Shown: one piece after another, positions 40,370 through 49,635 of the stretch
Numbering within the stretch: position 1 is the first letter of the stretch
How the letters are laid out: the number at the start of each line of letters is the position of its first letter
Origin: Oculatellaceae cyanobacterium bins.114
GTDB lineage: Bacteria; Cyanobacteriota; Cyanobacteriia; Elainellales; Elainellaceae
Reading direction: 5' to 3'
DNA: 64,000 nt
Assembly: GCA_033764315.1 (NCBI GenBank)
Contig: JANRJA010000170.1
Location: 25,885 to 89,884 of the forward strand
Translations under genes and position numbers: made by a program
Notes under the pieces: model-generated
Database searches by the model: none
Seen by the model: only the letters and a program-made list of their open reading frames with translations
Told to the model about the DNA's origin: nothing

Positions 40370-41497
40370 ATGCAGAGCAACCTTGTTAAGCCTTTGGGCT
40401 TGGCCTCACAATCTTTGATTCCTTCTACTCAACTCTCTCTTACACCCTATGATGAAGCGGAACTAATCTTTGCCAATCTCATAGAGTTAGATGGTTTAGA
40501 CACCCAGCTACAAGCTTATCCATCTGAGGTGCGCTACTTTGAGACAGCTTTGAATCTGGCTCTTAAGGAAGCCTACCAGTCGTCAGAGGGTTCAGATGCA
40601 GCGCATCGTTTTATTCAACGGGTGCTCTATCGGATCAACCGTTTGAACCTATTTTGGTACGACGCTCTGAGCCATTACACCAATGAGCGATCGCCCTATT
40701 TACACCAGATTCGCGATCAAATCGAACGGGTTTGGCAAGCCTGGGAACTGCAACAAATCGATGTCGAAGCCCTGAAACAGTTGGATGTAAAACAAGCTCT
40801 CAGCGATCGCGGTGCAGCGGATCTTGATCCACCCCTATCTCCTGAAAGTCGCTACATTCAAGAGCAGATGAGTCGTGAAGGGTATCGCTATTTATTGGCG
40901 ATCGCGTCCTTTGATGGGTTGGTTGAAGCCAGTCGCCTCTCCCGCATTTTGGGAGGAGCCGCCAACGAAGTCCAGGCGACCCTAACCAAAGTGTTACTGG
41001 AAGAGTATGGCAACGGTCGTCTCAACCGCAAACACTCCACTTTCTTTGCTCAAATGATGACCGAGTTAGAGCTAAGTGCTCAGCCAGAGGCATACTTTGA
41101 TTTGGTACCCTGGCAGGTGTTAGCTAGCATTAATCACAACTTCTTGCTGACAGAGTGCAAACGTCATTTCCTGCGATATAACGGTGGATTGGCTTATTTT
41201 GAAGTCGTCGGCCCTTCTATCTACAAAACGTACTTGGCGGCAGCTCAACGACTCGAACTCTCAGAAGGAGCAATGGGTTATTGGGATTTGCATATTCGTG
41301 AAGACGAGCGGCACGGACGCTGGATGATTGACAATGTGGTATTGCCCTTAGTGGATATGTATCCTCAACAGGCATGGCAAATCGTGTTGGGCTATGACCA
41401 GGAAAAACGGTTGGGCGATCGCGCTGGCGTTGCTGTCGTTGACTTAATTCAGCGGAGTGAACATTCAGAGCCATTACCTATCGTTTCTCAGCATTAA
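40370..41497 (+). CDS. Heme-oxygenase-like diiron (iron-containing redox) enzyme
   Basis: LLEEYGNG....HSTFF, YFE and HIREDERH iron-ligand pattern. Confidence 0.85.
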   Translation: MQSNLVKPLGLASQSLIPSTQLSLTPYDEAELIFANLIELDGLDTQLQAYPSEVRYFETALNLALKEAYQSSEGSDAAHRFIQRVLYRINRLNLFWYDALSHYTNERSPYLHQIRDQIERVWQAWELQQIDVEALKQLDVKQALSDRGAADLDPPLSPESRYIQEQMSREGYRYLLAIASFDGLVEASRLSRILGGAANEVQATLTKVLLEEYGNGRLNRKHSTFFAQMMTELELSAQPEAYFDLVPWQVLASINHNFLLTECKRHFLRYNGGLAYFEVVGPSIYKTYLAAAQRLELSEGAMGYWDLHIREDERHGRWMIDNVVLPLVDMYPQQAWQIVLGYDQEKRLGDRAGVAVVDLIQRSEHSEPLPIVSQH

Positions 41498-41588
41498 AAA
41501 AGTCTCAGGTTGTTCCCTTTAAACTCGGCTTAAACTCGCACATCCTGTGAAATCCGCAAAACTCACCTCTATAAAACCTTAACCATTG

Positions 41589-41662
41589 GGTAGTCCTAAA
41601 CGAGTAAGGATATGCCGCGCGGCATATCCTTACTCAAAAATCATTACTTTTAGAGGACTACC
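41589..41662. mobile_element. 74-bp MITE with 9-bp TIRs and 8-bp target duplication
   Basis: GGTAGTCCT...AGGACTACC flanked by AACCATTG at 41581-41588 and 41663-41670; internal 34-bp palindrome. Confidence 0.8.
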
Positions 41663-41800
41663 AACCATTGAACCGGATTTCACGTTAAATCACCCTGAAC
41701 ATTAAAACCCCAGTAGAGATGTAGCCATGCCTATGTCTTTACCTAAAGAAACGTAATTTTTTCAACTCATTAACCCTTATTAAACTGCGAGGATAATACC

Positions 41801-42577
41801 TTGACTGGAACTTTGTTGCGCTCTCAAGAGCAAATTAATCTCTCTTCTCAAGCGACATCATCCATCTCACATGATTGGTCTGAAGATGATGTCTTTTACT
41901 GCCCAGAGGAGTCTCAATTCTATTCTCACTGTTTAGAAAGATTAGTTTTTAACCGCTGCAAATCATCTGATGTTGTCGTTGAGTTTGGCTGTGGAGATGG
42001 TAGCCCAGTCATTAATGCTTTACTCAGAACTCAGTTTTCAGGAGTCATTCATGGGTATGAATTAAACCCCTCTGCTCATGCTGTTGCTCAGTCTAGAGTG
42101 TCTCATTATCAACTCAATCAAAAATATACTGTCCACAATCGTTCTTTCTTTGAGGTAGATCATTCAGAGGCTCAGTATTTAATTGCTAATCCTCCTTATT
42201 TGCCAGCGTTAGATAACAATATCTGTATGCCACTCCTACACGGAGGAACTGATGGAGCAACCATTACCAATCGTTTACTAACGTTGAATTATCCCAGTGC
42301 TATGATGCTGATTTCCAGCTATTCCAACCCGGTCGGCACGATCGCCCATGCACTCGAACAGGGCTACAACGTTACTGATTTTATGGTGACACCTCTAACA
42401 TTTGGCTACTACAGTTCAGAACCTAAAGTGAGAGATCAAATTGCCAAGCTTAGAGGCGATCGCAAAGCATTTTATTCCAACAATCTCTATTTCTTAGCAG
42501 GGGTGCTATTTCAAAAACAGAGCATCACAACGGCAGATTGGTCAACAGAGTTGATTCGCATACTAACCGCGCTATAA
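41801..42577 (+). CDS. Class I SAM methyltransferase (HemK-like, NPPY)
   Basis: EFGCGDG, ANPPY, GG.DG; TTG start after the RBS GAGG. Confidence 0.85.
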   Translation: MTGTLLRSQEQINLSSQATSSISHDWSEDDVFYCPEESQFYSHCLERLVFNRCKSSDVVVEFGCGDGSPVINALLRTQFSGVIHGYELNPSAHAVAQSRVSHYQLNQKYTVHNRSFFEVDHSEAQYLIANPPYLPALDNNICMPLLHGGTDGATITNRLLTLNYPSAMMLISSYSNPVGTIAHALEQGYNVTDFMVTPLTFGYYSSEPKVRDQIAKLRGDRKAFYSNNLYFLAGVLFQKQSITTADWSTELIRILTAL

Positions 42578-42637
42578 GCAGGTGAAGGCTAAAGGATGAC
42601 CGTAAAATGTGCAGTGTCTGTTTCATCCTTTTAGTCT

Positions 42638-44290
42638 TCATCCCTGTTCTAAGTTCTCTAATGCAAATTGAATCAGTTGAATCTGATAGTGCTGTTGAGA
42701 GTCTTGAGCTGGCGGATCAGGAATCGGGCAACTGATGATAGGGGTGGCGATCGCCTCATAGCGTTGCAAAGCAGACACAGCAGTGGTACTAAACCGTTTG
42801 AGGTAATCTTGAGCAGCGTTACGATAGAGTTGCTCAACCTGGTAGCTCAAAGCATCTGCCGAGATAGGATTGCCCACCTCCGTGCCGCCCGACTTGTTAA
42901 TTAAGTAACTGGCTCCACCCAACACGGCTGCTCCGATAGGGCCGCCAAACACCCAACCCAACCCAGTGGCGATCGCAACGGGAGCAACATCTCCAGAAGA
43001 GGCTTTGGGAGTTTGGGGTGAGACATCGGGCAGCACCACGGTTGGTTCTTCGGGAAACATCACCCAGAGATCGGCAGGTCGTGCTTGCCCAAAAAAATCA
43101 CAGGCTTTATAAACCCAATCCACAACGGCTTGTTGGTGTAAAACCCAGTCAGGCTTGAGGGACAGAGTCACCCAGTTGGCAAACTCAAATTGTTGGAGAG
43201 CGACAGTGGCAGCAGCGTGATAGCGATCGAGCAAATTAGGCAGGGCAAGCCAGGTTTGCAACTCAGCAATGCTTTTAGAAAAGCCCTGTTGAATCAATCC
43301 TTGCGCTTTGCGTTTAATGTGAACTCGCTGTAATTCTTTTTCGTCGAATGTGGGTGCGGTTGCTGCGATCGCCGTCATCTTGTCTCGCAACGCTTGCTGC
43401 ACTTGAGTAGCGATCGCTTGGAGTCGTGGCAGACGGGTTTCACTGGGTTGTCCTTGTAAGCTGTGCACCACGTGCTGTAGTGCTGTTTCAAACATGGGCA
43501 ATCCAGTTGCCTGTGCCTGTGCCAGATCTCCTTGAAGACGCGATCGCAGAGCAGGTAAGGCATCCACTCGATAGAGATTGCTAACTCCAGCAGGCAGCTT
43601 TGCCCGAAAGCTTTCGGCGACAAATCGCAGGCGATTATAGACCTGTTTTTGGTCTTCCGGCTCCAGTAAGTTCAAAAAATTGACGACAAAAATAACGGTG
43701 GTAATACCGCGATCGAGCAACCAGTCGCGCAGATGTTCCCGTTCGCCCAGAGTCATCAACTTGCGACCATCTAGCACTTGTACCACTAAGTCAGCCGTCA
43801 ACAATTGCTCTCGCACCAGGGCATCCTGAGCGTCTTGATCGTCGGTTCCAGGGAGGTCGATCAATTCAACTCCCATCTGCAAAAACGGATGGGGACAGGT
43901 GACTTCGACAGATACCACATCTTCGCGCATACGGCGATCGCCATCTAACACCGCAAATTGTTTCAAGATGTCTGTACCCGCCTCATCGATGGTCGTTCCA
44001 TCTTGAAAGACGATGCGACTGCGTAACTCGCTGCCATAACGAACGGCGATCGCGGCTCCGGTCGTGGGAATCAGGTCAATGGGTAGAGTACGCTCTCCTA
44101 ACAAGGCGTTTAGCAGCGTGGATTTGCCGTAGTTAAACGGAGCAAAAACAGCAATCCGAAAGCTCGATCGGTTGACTACGTTAGCCAGCAGGTTCACCTC
44201 CCGTCGCAAGGGAGTGTCGGCAGACAGTTCTAACAAACTGACTGCCGTCTGGAGATGATTAAGTAGAGTCTGGCAGGTATCTTGCTCCAT
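42638..44290 (-). CDS. Dynamin-like protein (divergent GTPase motifs)
   Basis: APFNYGKSTLLNAL, PTTG, DLPG, VNFLN. Confidence 0.85.
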   Translation of the reverse strand: MEQDTCQTLLNHLQTAVSLLELSADTPLRREVNLLANVVNRSSFRIAVFAPFNYGKSTLLNALLGERTLPIDLIPTTGAAIAVRYGSELRSRIVFQDGTTIDEAGTDILKQFAVLDGDRRMREDVVSVEVTCPHPFLQMGVELIDLPGTDDQDAQDALVREQLLTADLVVQVLDGRKLMTLGEREHLRDWLLDRGITTVIFVVNFLNLLEPEDQKQVYNRLRFVAESFRAKLPAGVSNLYRVDALPALRSRLQGDLAQAQATGLPMFETALQHVVHSLQGQPSETRLPRLQAIATQVQQALRDKMTAIAATAPTFDEKELQRVHIKRKAQGLIQQGFSKSIAELQTWLALPNLLDRYHAAATVALQQFEFANWVTLSLKPDWVLHQQAVVDWVYKACDFFGQARPADLWVMFPEEPTVVLPDVSPQTPKASSGDVAPVAIATGLGWVFGGPIGAAVLGGASYLINKSGGTEVGNPISADALSYQVEQLYRNAAQDYLKRFSTTAVSALQRYEAIATPIISCPIPDPPAQDSQQHYQIQLIQFALENLEQG

Positions 44291-44379
44291 CCTGATAGCC
44301 CTGAATTCTGAATCTTTGCAGCAATGCTCGACGTACGGAAGTCAGAGTTTTTGAAAAGCTCCAACTTTTCAGCGATCGA

Positions 44380-46434
44380 CTACACCAACAACGTTTGATA
44401 GGTTGCCTCTAGCTTACGACATTCATCCGAGACGATCGCCTCTACCCCTTGCAACCGCTTCAGTTCCATCTCCCGATTAATTTCGTGGGATTCTTTCTGC
44501 TTCAACAGGTTGTTTAACTCAGCTTGGCGGGAGTGAATATCATCGTTGATCCGCTTAATCACCTCTCGTTCATAAGTATCAAAGCACTCCTGAACAGCAC
44601 TATAGATCGGTTGCCATTGGTCTTGGGCAATTTTGGGCAAGTATTTCACCAGTTCTTTTTTGATGGCTTTCGCAAATTGCTTGCGGGCGTGATCGGCTTG
44701 CAATGCCCCAACTCCCAAACTGGCGACGATGATCCCAAAGGGACCAAGAATGGAGCCAAACAGAATGGCAATGCCAGTGGTGGCAAACAGATTCAACAAA
44801 ATGCTTTTGAAATCAAACCCAGAGACAGCCAGGGCAGCCCCGGCAAAATTGCCTGATGCCAGGGAAAACAACCCCATTGCCCACTTTGCCCAACCTGGAG
44901 TGCTATCATCTCCCGTTGCCGTATCGGGTCGGGGATGCAGGGGTTGCCCCGTGAGTTTAGCACTGATTTGATCGGTGATTTGAGCATAGGATGCCCCATA
45001 CTTTTCGGCACTCTTCGATAGCTCCCCAAAGGCAGCCGTTAAATCTTTTTCAGCCGTCAGTGTCCAGGCAAAAAATTTATCGTTGACGTATTGCTCAAAC
45101 CCTTGCTGAGCCGCTGCATTGAATTGCTGCCGTTTGCTCTCGCTAAAGAAGTCAAAGAATTGCATATCTCCAGGCTGATAGCGCAAAAAGTCTTGCTCAA
45201 ACGTTGCCTCTAGCCCAAACACATAGCTACGAAAGGAATCGGCGATCGCCCGTGCTTTGCGATCGCGCAGGGAACGAATCTCGTCCCGAAACTGATCGCG
45301 AATCTCGGACAGTTGAGCGAATTGGGGTTCAACTGATTGAATGCGTTGCTTTAGTTCTTGCACCGTCTGATTGAGCAAGGGAATGCGCCGTTCGATCGCC
45401 TCTCGCACCCGCACATGCGCCTGTCGTGCTAAGGTTCGTCCTTGTCGTAACTCAGCGATCGCCCGTTCTTGGGTCAAGAAGGTGTTGAGAGCTTGAATGA
45501 ATCCAGGAAACCCAGTTCCCTCAAGGTCGGCATTAGCGTCTTTGATGCGTCGTCGCAAAGCACTGATGGCAGAAATCTCAAACACTCGCTCGTCATAAAG
45601 ATCAACGCCATCCACAACGCAATACTCTGCTAGATTAGCGTGAAACACTTTACGGAGTTTGGTTTCTGCCTCTGCTAACTCCGCTGCATCATCCGGGTCA
45701 ATCAATCCTTCTTTTACCTGATCCCAGGCGTTGATCAAGAAGAAAATCGAGAGTCCTCGATCTTTGATGTAGTTCTCCAGATATCGCCGCTCTGCCATTG
45801 TGCAAGGTTGAGAAGCCCGCAACACAAACAGGATGGCGTGACAATTGGTGATGTAGCCCAGAGAAAGTTCATTACGGGCTTCGGTATCATTCAATCCTGG
45901 ACTATCGACAATCTCAACGCCCTTCTCTAGCAACGGCAGGGGATATTCCACTACCGCATGGCTGACATCGGGAAATGCCTGTTGCTTCTTCTGCTCTAGC
46001 TCTTTGGCTTCTTCTGGTGGAATCGTGTAGCGTTGCTTAAAGTGTTGAAAGTCAATGCGTTCAGGGGATTTGCCATCGTTGAAGTGAATCGTCACCGTCT
46101 TCTCAGAACCATACTTCAAGATGGTGAGCAGAGCAGTACAGGGATTGACATCGCTGGGCAACAGGTTCTCGCCAATTAACGCATTCAAAAAGGTGCTCTT
46201 GCCACGCTTCATATCACCTAACACCAGCAACCGAAACACACCCTTTTGCAGGTTTTTGCTAGCGGTGCTGATGTCTTCAATTTCCCGCTCTAGCCCCAGT
46301 TTGCCAGAGGTGGCTTCGCCTTCTGCCTCGGCTGTAAACAAGGTATCCGCAATGGTTCCAAGATGGTGGGCGATCGCCTGACGGGTGCGGCTAATGCGAT
46401 CGAGGTCGTTGAGAAAGTGAGTAGAGGAGGTCAT
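44380..46434 (-). CDS. Bacterial dynamin-like protein (BDLP)
   Basis: GDMKRGKSTFLNAL, PCTA, DSPG, INAWD, and a hydrophobic paddle near the C-terminus. Confidence 0.92.
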   Translation of the reverse strand: MTSSTHFLNDLDRISRTRQAIAHHLGTIADTLFTAEAEGEATSGKLGLEREIEDISTASKNLQKGVFRLLVLGDMKRGKSTFLNALIGENLLPSDVNPCTALLTILKYGSEKTVTIHFNDGKSPERIDFQHFKQRYTIPPEEAKELEQKKQQAFPDVSHAVVEYPLPLLEKGVEIVDSPGLNDTEARNELSLGYITNCHAILFVLRASQPCTMAERRYLENYIKDRGLSIFFLINAWDQVKEGLIDPDDAAELAEAETKLRKVFHANLAEYCVVDGVDLYDERVFEISAISALRRRIKDANADLEGTGFPGFIQALNTFLTQERAIAELRQGRTLARQAHVRVREAIERRIPLLNQTVQELKQRIQSVEPQFAQLSEIRDQFRDEIRSLRDRKARAIADSFRSYVFGLEATFEQDFLRYQPGDMQFFDFFSESKRQQFNAAAQQGFEQYVNDKFFAWTLTAEKDLTAAFGELSKSAEKYGASYAQITDQISAKLTGQPLHPRPDTATGDDSTPGWAKWAMGLFSLASGNFAGAALAVSGFDFKSILLNLFATTGIAILFGSILGPFGIIVASLGVGALQADHARKQFAKAIKKELVKYLPKIAQDQWQPIYSAVQECFDTYEREVIKRINDDIHSRQAELNNLLKQKESHEINREMELKRLQGVEAIVSDECRKLEATYQTLLV

Positions 46435-46570
46435 AGGGGAAAGGAGAAAGAAGAAAGGATGAAGGATGAGGGATGAAGGATAAAAAAGAAAAAAGAAAAA
46501 AGAAGAGAGGAAAAATAAAAAAGAAGAGGGAAAAAAGAAGAAAAAGAGAGGAAAAGAAGAAAACTAAAAG
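46435..46570. repeat. Purine-rich low-complexity tract with GGATGAA heptamers
   Basis: GAAAGGATGAAGGATGAGGGATGAAGGATAAAAAAG..., almost no pyrimidines. Confidence 0.7.
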
Positions 46571-46696
46571 ATGATTTTGCAGGGTGCTGTTAGCGGAGCG
46601 TAACGCACTGGGAAGAGTCAACAAGATAATGGCGATCGCTTATTAGATGAAACTGATTCCTCTGACTCTCTCACTCTCTCAATTGCGTGTCGTAGA

Positions 46697-47227
46697 TTAA
46701 TCACGGCTGTCTCCAACAATCCAGGATTGCTGTATGACATATTCAAAGTGATAGAGAAAAACGGCAATGACGAGACGCACCACGCTAACGATGGCGATGA
46801 AGACCCCTGAGTTGAATGGGACGGAAAGCAGTGTTGTGAGCGAAAAGGATGGCATGACCATGCCTAAGACAAAGTAGCTGGTAAGCATCGACAAAAGGCT
46901 GACAGTCCAGCCATACAACCCTTCCCACCAGCTCAATAGTCCGGGTAAAATGCCTGACTCACTCCCAGCTTTGGGCGATCGCCCCTGGGGATCAATCTGG
47001 TCGAGCCATTCCTGAGAAAAATGATGCACCACCGCAATCAACACAATCGGCGAGAGCATCGCTAACACCCCCACCAAAAACCCCAGTCGCGGCGACCAAG
47101 GAATCACAATGCCAATGATCTGCCAGATAAAGCCAATGCCTACCTGCAAGCCCCATGTCAAGACGACGAGGGCGATCGCTCTCACCCATGAACCCCCATT
47201 GGGAAACCAGGAAATAGAATGGTTCAT
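46697..47227 (-). CDS. Hypothetical membrane protein
   Basis: Four hydrophobic segments; SWWEGLYGW motif. Confidence 0.75.
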   Translation of the reverse strand: MNHSISWFPNGGSWVRAIALVVLTWGLQVGIGFIWQIIGIVIPWSPRLGFLVGVLAMLSPIVLIAVVHHFSQEWLDQIDPQGRSPKAGSESGILPGLLSWWEGLYGWTVSLLSMLTSYFVLGMVMPSFSLTTLLSVPFNSGVFIAIVSVVRLVIAVFLYHFEYVIQQSWIVGDSRD

Positions 47228-47229
47228 GG

Positions 47230-47580
47230 TTATTTATCGTCTTCAAACAAAATCTTGTACGCTAACCAGGCAATGCCCGCAATGATGACCACTGTGGCAA
47301 GCCAGGATGCCACTCGCACTGCGACGACAACCGCCACCACGATCGCCAAAAACTTGCCCACTGTAGTCAGCTTTTTCATCCAGGTTTTGACCTTACTGGG
47401 CGGAGCTTCGTGCTTAGTGGGGTGCAATAGAGGAGGTTGTTGCGACGAGGGTTGCGATGAGTGTGGCGGTAATTGATGAATCTCCGCCTCCAATTCTCGT
47501 AGGCGCAGTTGCAATTCCCGCTCTCGCAGTTCTTGTTCTCGACGCCGCAATTCTTCCTCGCGGTTATCCTGGGGCTTCAT
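47230..47580 (-). CDS. Hypothetical protein with coiled coil and two TM segments
   Basis: ELRRREQELRERELQLRLRELEAE followed by a C-terminal TM hairpin. Confidence 0.75.
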   Translation of the reverse strand: MKPQDNREEELRRREQELRERELQLRLRELEAEIHQLPPHSSQPSSQQPPLLHPTKHEAPPSKVKTWMKKLTTVGKFLAIVVAVVVAVRVASWLATVVIIAGIAWLAYKILFEDDK

Positions 47581-47734
47581 AGCATGCGATGGGTAATAGT
47601 ATGGGTTTGAATAAGAAATATGTAGTGTTTAGGGAAAACACTACTTTTTGCTCCACCATAACCTTTCAAAATCTGAATGGCGAGGGTATTTTTTAGCGAT
47701 TTAAACCCATGTGCGACTATTTCAGTCACAATCC

Positions 47735-47767
47735 GATTTTAGATTTTAGATTTTAGATTTTGGATTG
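47735..47767. repeat. 7-bp short tandem repeat (GATTTTA, STRR type)
   Basis: GATTTTA x3, GATTTTG, GATTG. Confidence 0.75.
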
Positions 47768-47770
47768 AGC

Positions 47771-48000
47771 AGCGATTTTCTGTAGGGTGGGCATCGCCCA
47801 CCATGTCTCATGTTCATTAGCGATTTTCTGTAGTGGGCATCGCCCACCATGTCTCATGTTCATTAGCGATTTTCTGTAGGGTGGGCATCGCCCACCATGT
47901 CTCATGTTCATTAGCGATTTTCTGTAGGGTGGGCATCGCCCACCATGTCTCATGTTCATTAGCGATTTTCTGTAGGGTGGGCATCGCCCACCATGTCTCA
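47771..48000 (+). repeat. Tandem array of 48-bp units each carrying a GTAG REP hairpin
   Basis: Units start at 47771, 47819 (46 bp, GG deleted), 47865, 47913 and 47961 (40 bp, partial); core GTAG-GGTGGGC-ATC-GCCCACC. Confidence 0.92.
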
Positions 48001-48108
48001 AAAGCTTGTTCAATAGATATTGGTGGACGGTGCCTGCCTATCGAGAAGACGGATTTCTGCCTACGCGGGAATGAGAGGTCATGTTCTAATGTGTCTATAT
48101 GATGGATA

Positions 48109-48128
48109 GTGGGCAATGCCCACCCTAC
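48109..48128 (-). repeat. REP copy, inverted relative to the array
   Basis: GTGGGCAATGCCCACCCTAC, reverse complement GTAGGGTGGGCATTGCCCAC. Confidence 0.85.
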
Positions 48129-48230
48129 GGTTTTTCCAAGCTGATTTCAGTACTAAGGGCATATCATTGGCTTGCCTTTAAACCCCCGATCGCCCATATC
48201 CACAGCATCAAAAACGAAGTTGCGGAAGCA

Positions 48231-48354
48231 ATACCAACTTGATTTGAAAACAGTGCAAACGGTGAAAATGCGACCCCTCCCAACCTCCCCTTGCCAAGGG
48301 GAGGTGCCGTAGGCGGTGGGGTCAAGTGCAAGGGTCACTGTTTCAATTGGTATA
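48231..48354. mobile_element. MITE-like element with internal hairpin
   Basis: Imperfect IRs ATACCAA..TTGAAAACAGTG / CACTGTTTCAATTGGTAT. The core 48272-48343 recurs at 53951-54022. Confidence 0.65.
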
Positions 48355-48471
48355 ACAAACGAGGCCTCAGAAGTAACAAACGAGGCCTCAGAAGTAACAA
48401 ACGAGTCCCCAAAAGCAACAAACGAGTCCTCAGAAGTAACACATGAGGTCGCAGAAGTAACAAACGAGGTC
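48354..48471. repeat. 21-bp tandem repeat, about 5.6 copies
   Basis: Consensus AACAAACGAGGCCTCAGAAGT at 48354, 48375, 48396, 48417, 48438 and 48459. Confidence 0.9.
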
Positions 48472-48508
48472 TTATCTCCTATTCTCTACGTCCTACCACC
48501 TACTCTTC

Positions 48509-48795
48509 CTACTTTCCCAAAACCGCCTCTTGAATCTTCCGGCAAATCTCCGCTAACACCTTATTCTGCTCTGAGGGACTAAGGCTATCGAGCGGATGAG
48601 CCACATCATGAGCCGCTTGATACTCCACAATCTTGCTGGTTTCATAGAGGCAATGGCTCAATAACACCCACGCGATCGCCAACCCCTCTTGCTCCGCTGC
48701 CTTTAACAATGGGGGCAACTCATTTTCATGGATAAAGTCGGAGTTGAGGAAGTCAGGGCTGACCAAAAACACGGCTACCTTTGCCGATGCCAGAC
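48509..48795 (-). pseudogene. 5'-truncated TIR (TIR_2-like) domain gene
   Basis: AKVAVFLVSPDFLNSDFIHENELPPLL...YQAAHD..PL is the C-terminal part of a TIR domain. The N-terminal FISY strand is absent and the frame runs into a REP. Confidence 0.75.
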
Positions 48796-48804
48796 ATGAT
48801 GGAT

Positions 48805-48825
48805 GGTGGGCAATGCCCACCCTAC
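48805..48825 (-). repeat. REP copy directly upstream of the Y1 nuclease gene
   Basis: GGTGGGCAATGCCCACCCTAC. Confidence 0.85.
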
Positions 48826-48862
48826 GGTTTTCAACTTTATTTCATTACCATTCCTAGCATCA

Positions 48863-49630
48863 GTGTCTCGTCAACCCCGTGAACTTAAGCCCGAATATGG
48901 CTATCACATCACGACTCGATGCAATAATCGCGAGTTTCGTTTAATTCGCGATGAGTGCCGTGAACTATTGCTGTATGCAATCAATAGATGTCAGGAGAAG
49001 TATGGCTTTAAGCTCTATGCTCTATGCATCATGAGCAACCATGTGCATTATCTGCTAGAGCCACAAAAACCCGATGACTTGCCTAAAATCATGCACTGGT
49101 TAAACTGGTTCACAGCCATGTGCTTTAACCGAACGCTCAATCGCACCGGGCACTTTTGGGAGAAACGGTATCACAGTACTGGGTTCCCAATGAGTGACAA
49201 ACGCCGAGCCTTGAATACACTGCGCTATATTCATGCCAACCCCAAAGCGGCGAATATGCAGCAAGGATTCTTCTATGATTACAGCAATTACGGTAGCTAT
49301 GACCGCTTGACAAATGATGGCATTACGCAATGGCATCCAGCGTTTTTGGCACTCGGCGCAACGCTAGAAATTTGTGCCGCCGCCTATCGCAAGTTTTGCA
49401 AGAAATATAAGCCGCAACCCAAACCTGAGAAAAAAAGTCACTGGGGCAGCAAGCTCTTAGCACAAATCAAGGCAAGAAGTCGGTTGAAGAAAAAGCCAAG
49501 CCCAGGGCAACAGTCGCTTTGGGAGGAGTGGAATGCTCCTGATGAGGAAATTCGCCAGGTGGCTAAGAAATTTGTGTTGGCAAACTGTTTTGATCCCAAG
49601 ATTGCTGGTTTGAAGTTTACGATTCCTTGA
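48863..49630 (+). CDS. HUH/Y1 tyrosine transposase-like nuclease (RAYT/TnpA-REP-like, IS200/IS605 superfamily)
   Basis: YHITTRCNN, MSNHVHYLL (HUH), GHFWEKRY, RYIHANP (catalytic Tyr), YSNY; GTG start at 48863; no tnpB. Confidence 0.9.
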   Translation: MSRQPRELKPEYGYHITTRCNNREFRLIRDECRELLLYAINRCQEKYGFKLYALCIMSNHVHYLLEPQKPDDLPKIMHWLNWFTAMCFNRTLNRTGHFWEKRYHSTGFPMSDKRRALNTLRYIHANPKAANMQQGFFYDYSNYGSYDRLTNDGITQWHPAFLALGATLEICAAAYRKFCKKYKPQPKPEKKSHWGSKLLAQIKARSRLKKKPSPGQQSLWEEWNAPDEEIRQVAKKFVLANCFDPKIAGLKFTIP

Positions 49631-49635
49631 TTGCC

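Noticed and set aside
46391..46624. Phe-rich 77-aa ORF
   Set aside because: Translation of a purine-rich low-complexity tract; the tract may also include low-quality sequence.
47771..48000. CRISPR array
   Set aside because: Spacers are identical, the unit is a REP hairpin, and there are no cas genes in the window.
47753..48116. Repetitive ORFs (RHGGRCPP / ETWWAMPT / GIAHHV)
   Set aside because: These are translations of the 48-bp repeat, open only because 48 is a multiple of 3.
48803..48862. N-terminal extension MVGNAHPT of the Y1 ORF
   Set aside because: It derives from the REP sequence; GTG at 48863 (SRQPR) fits the family start better.
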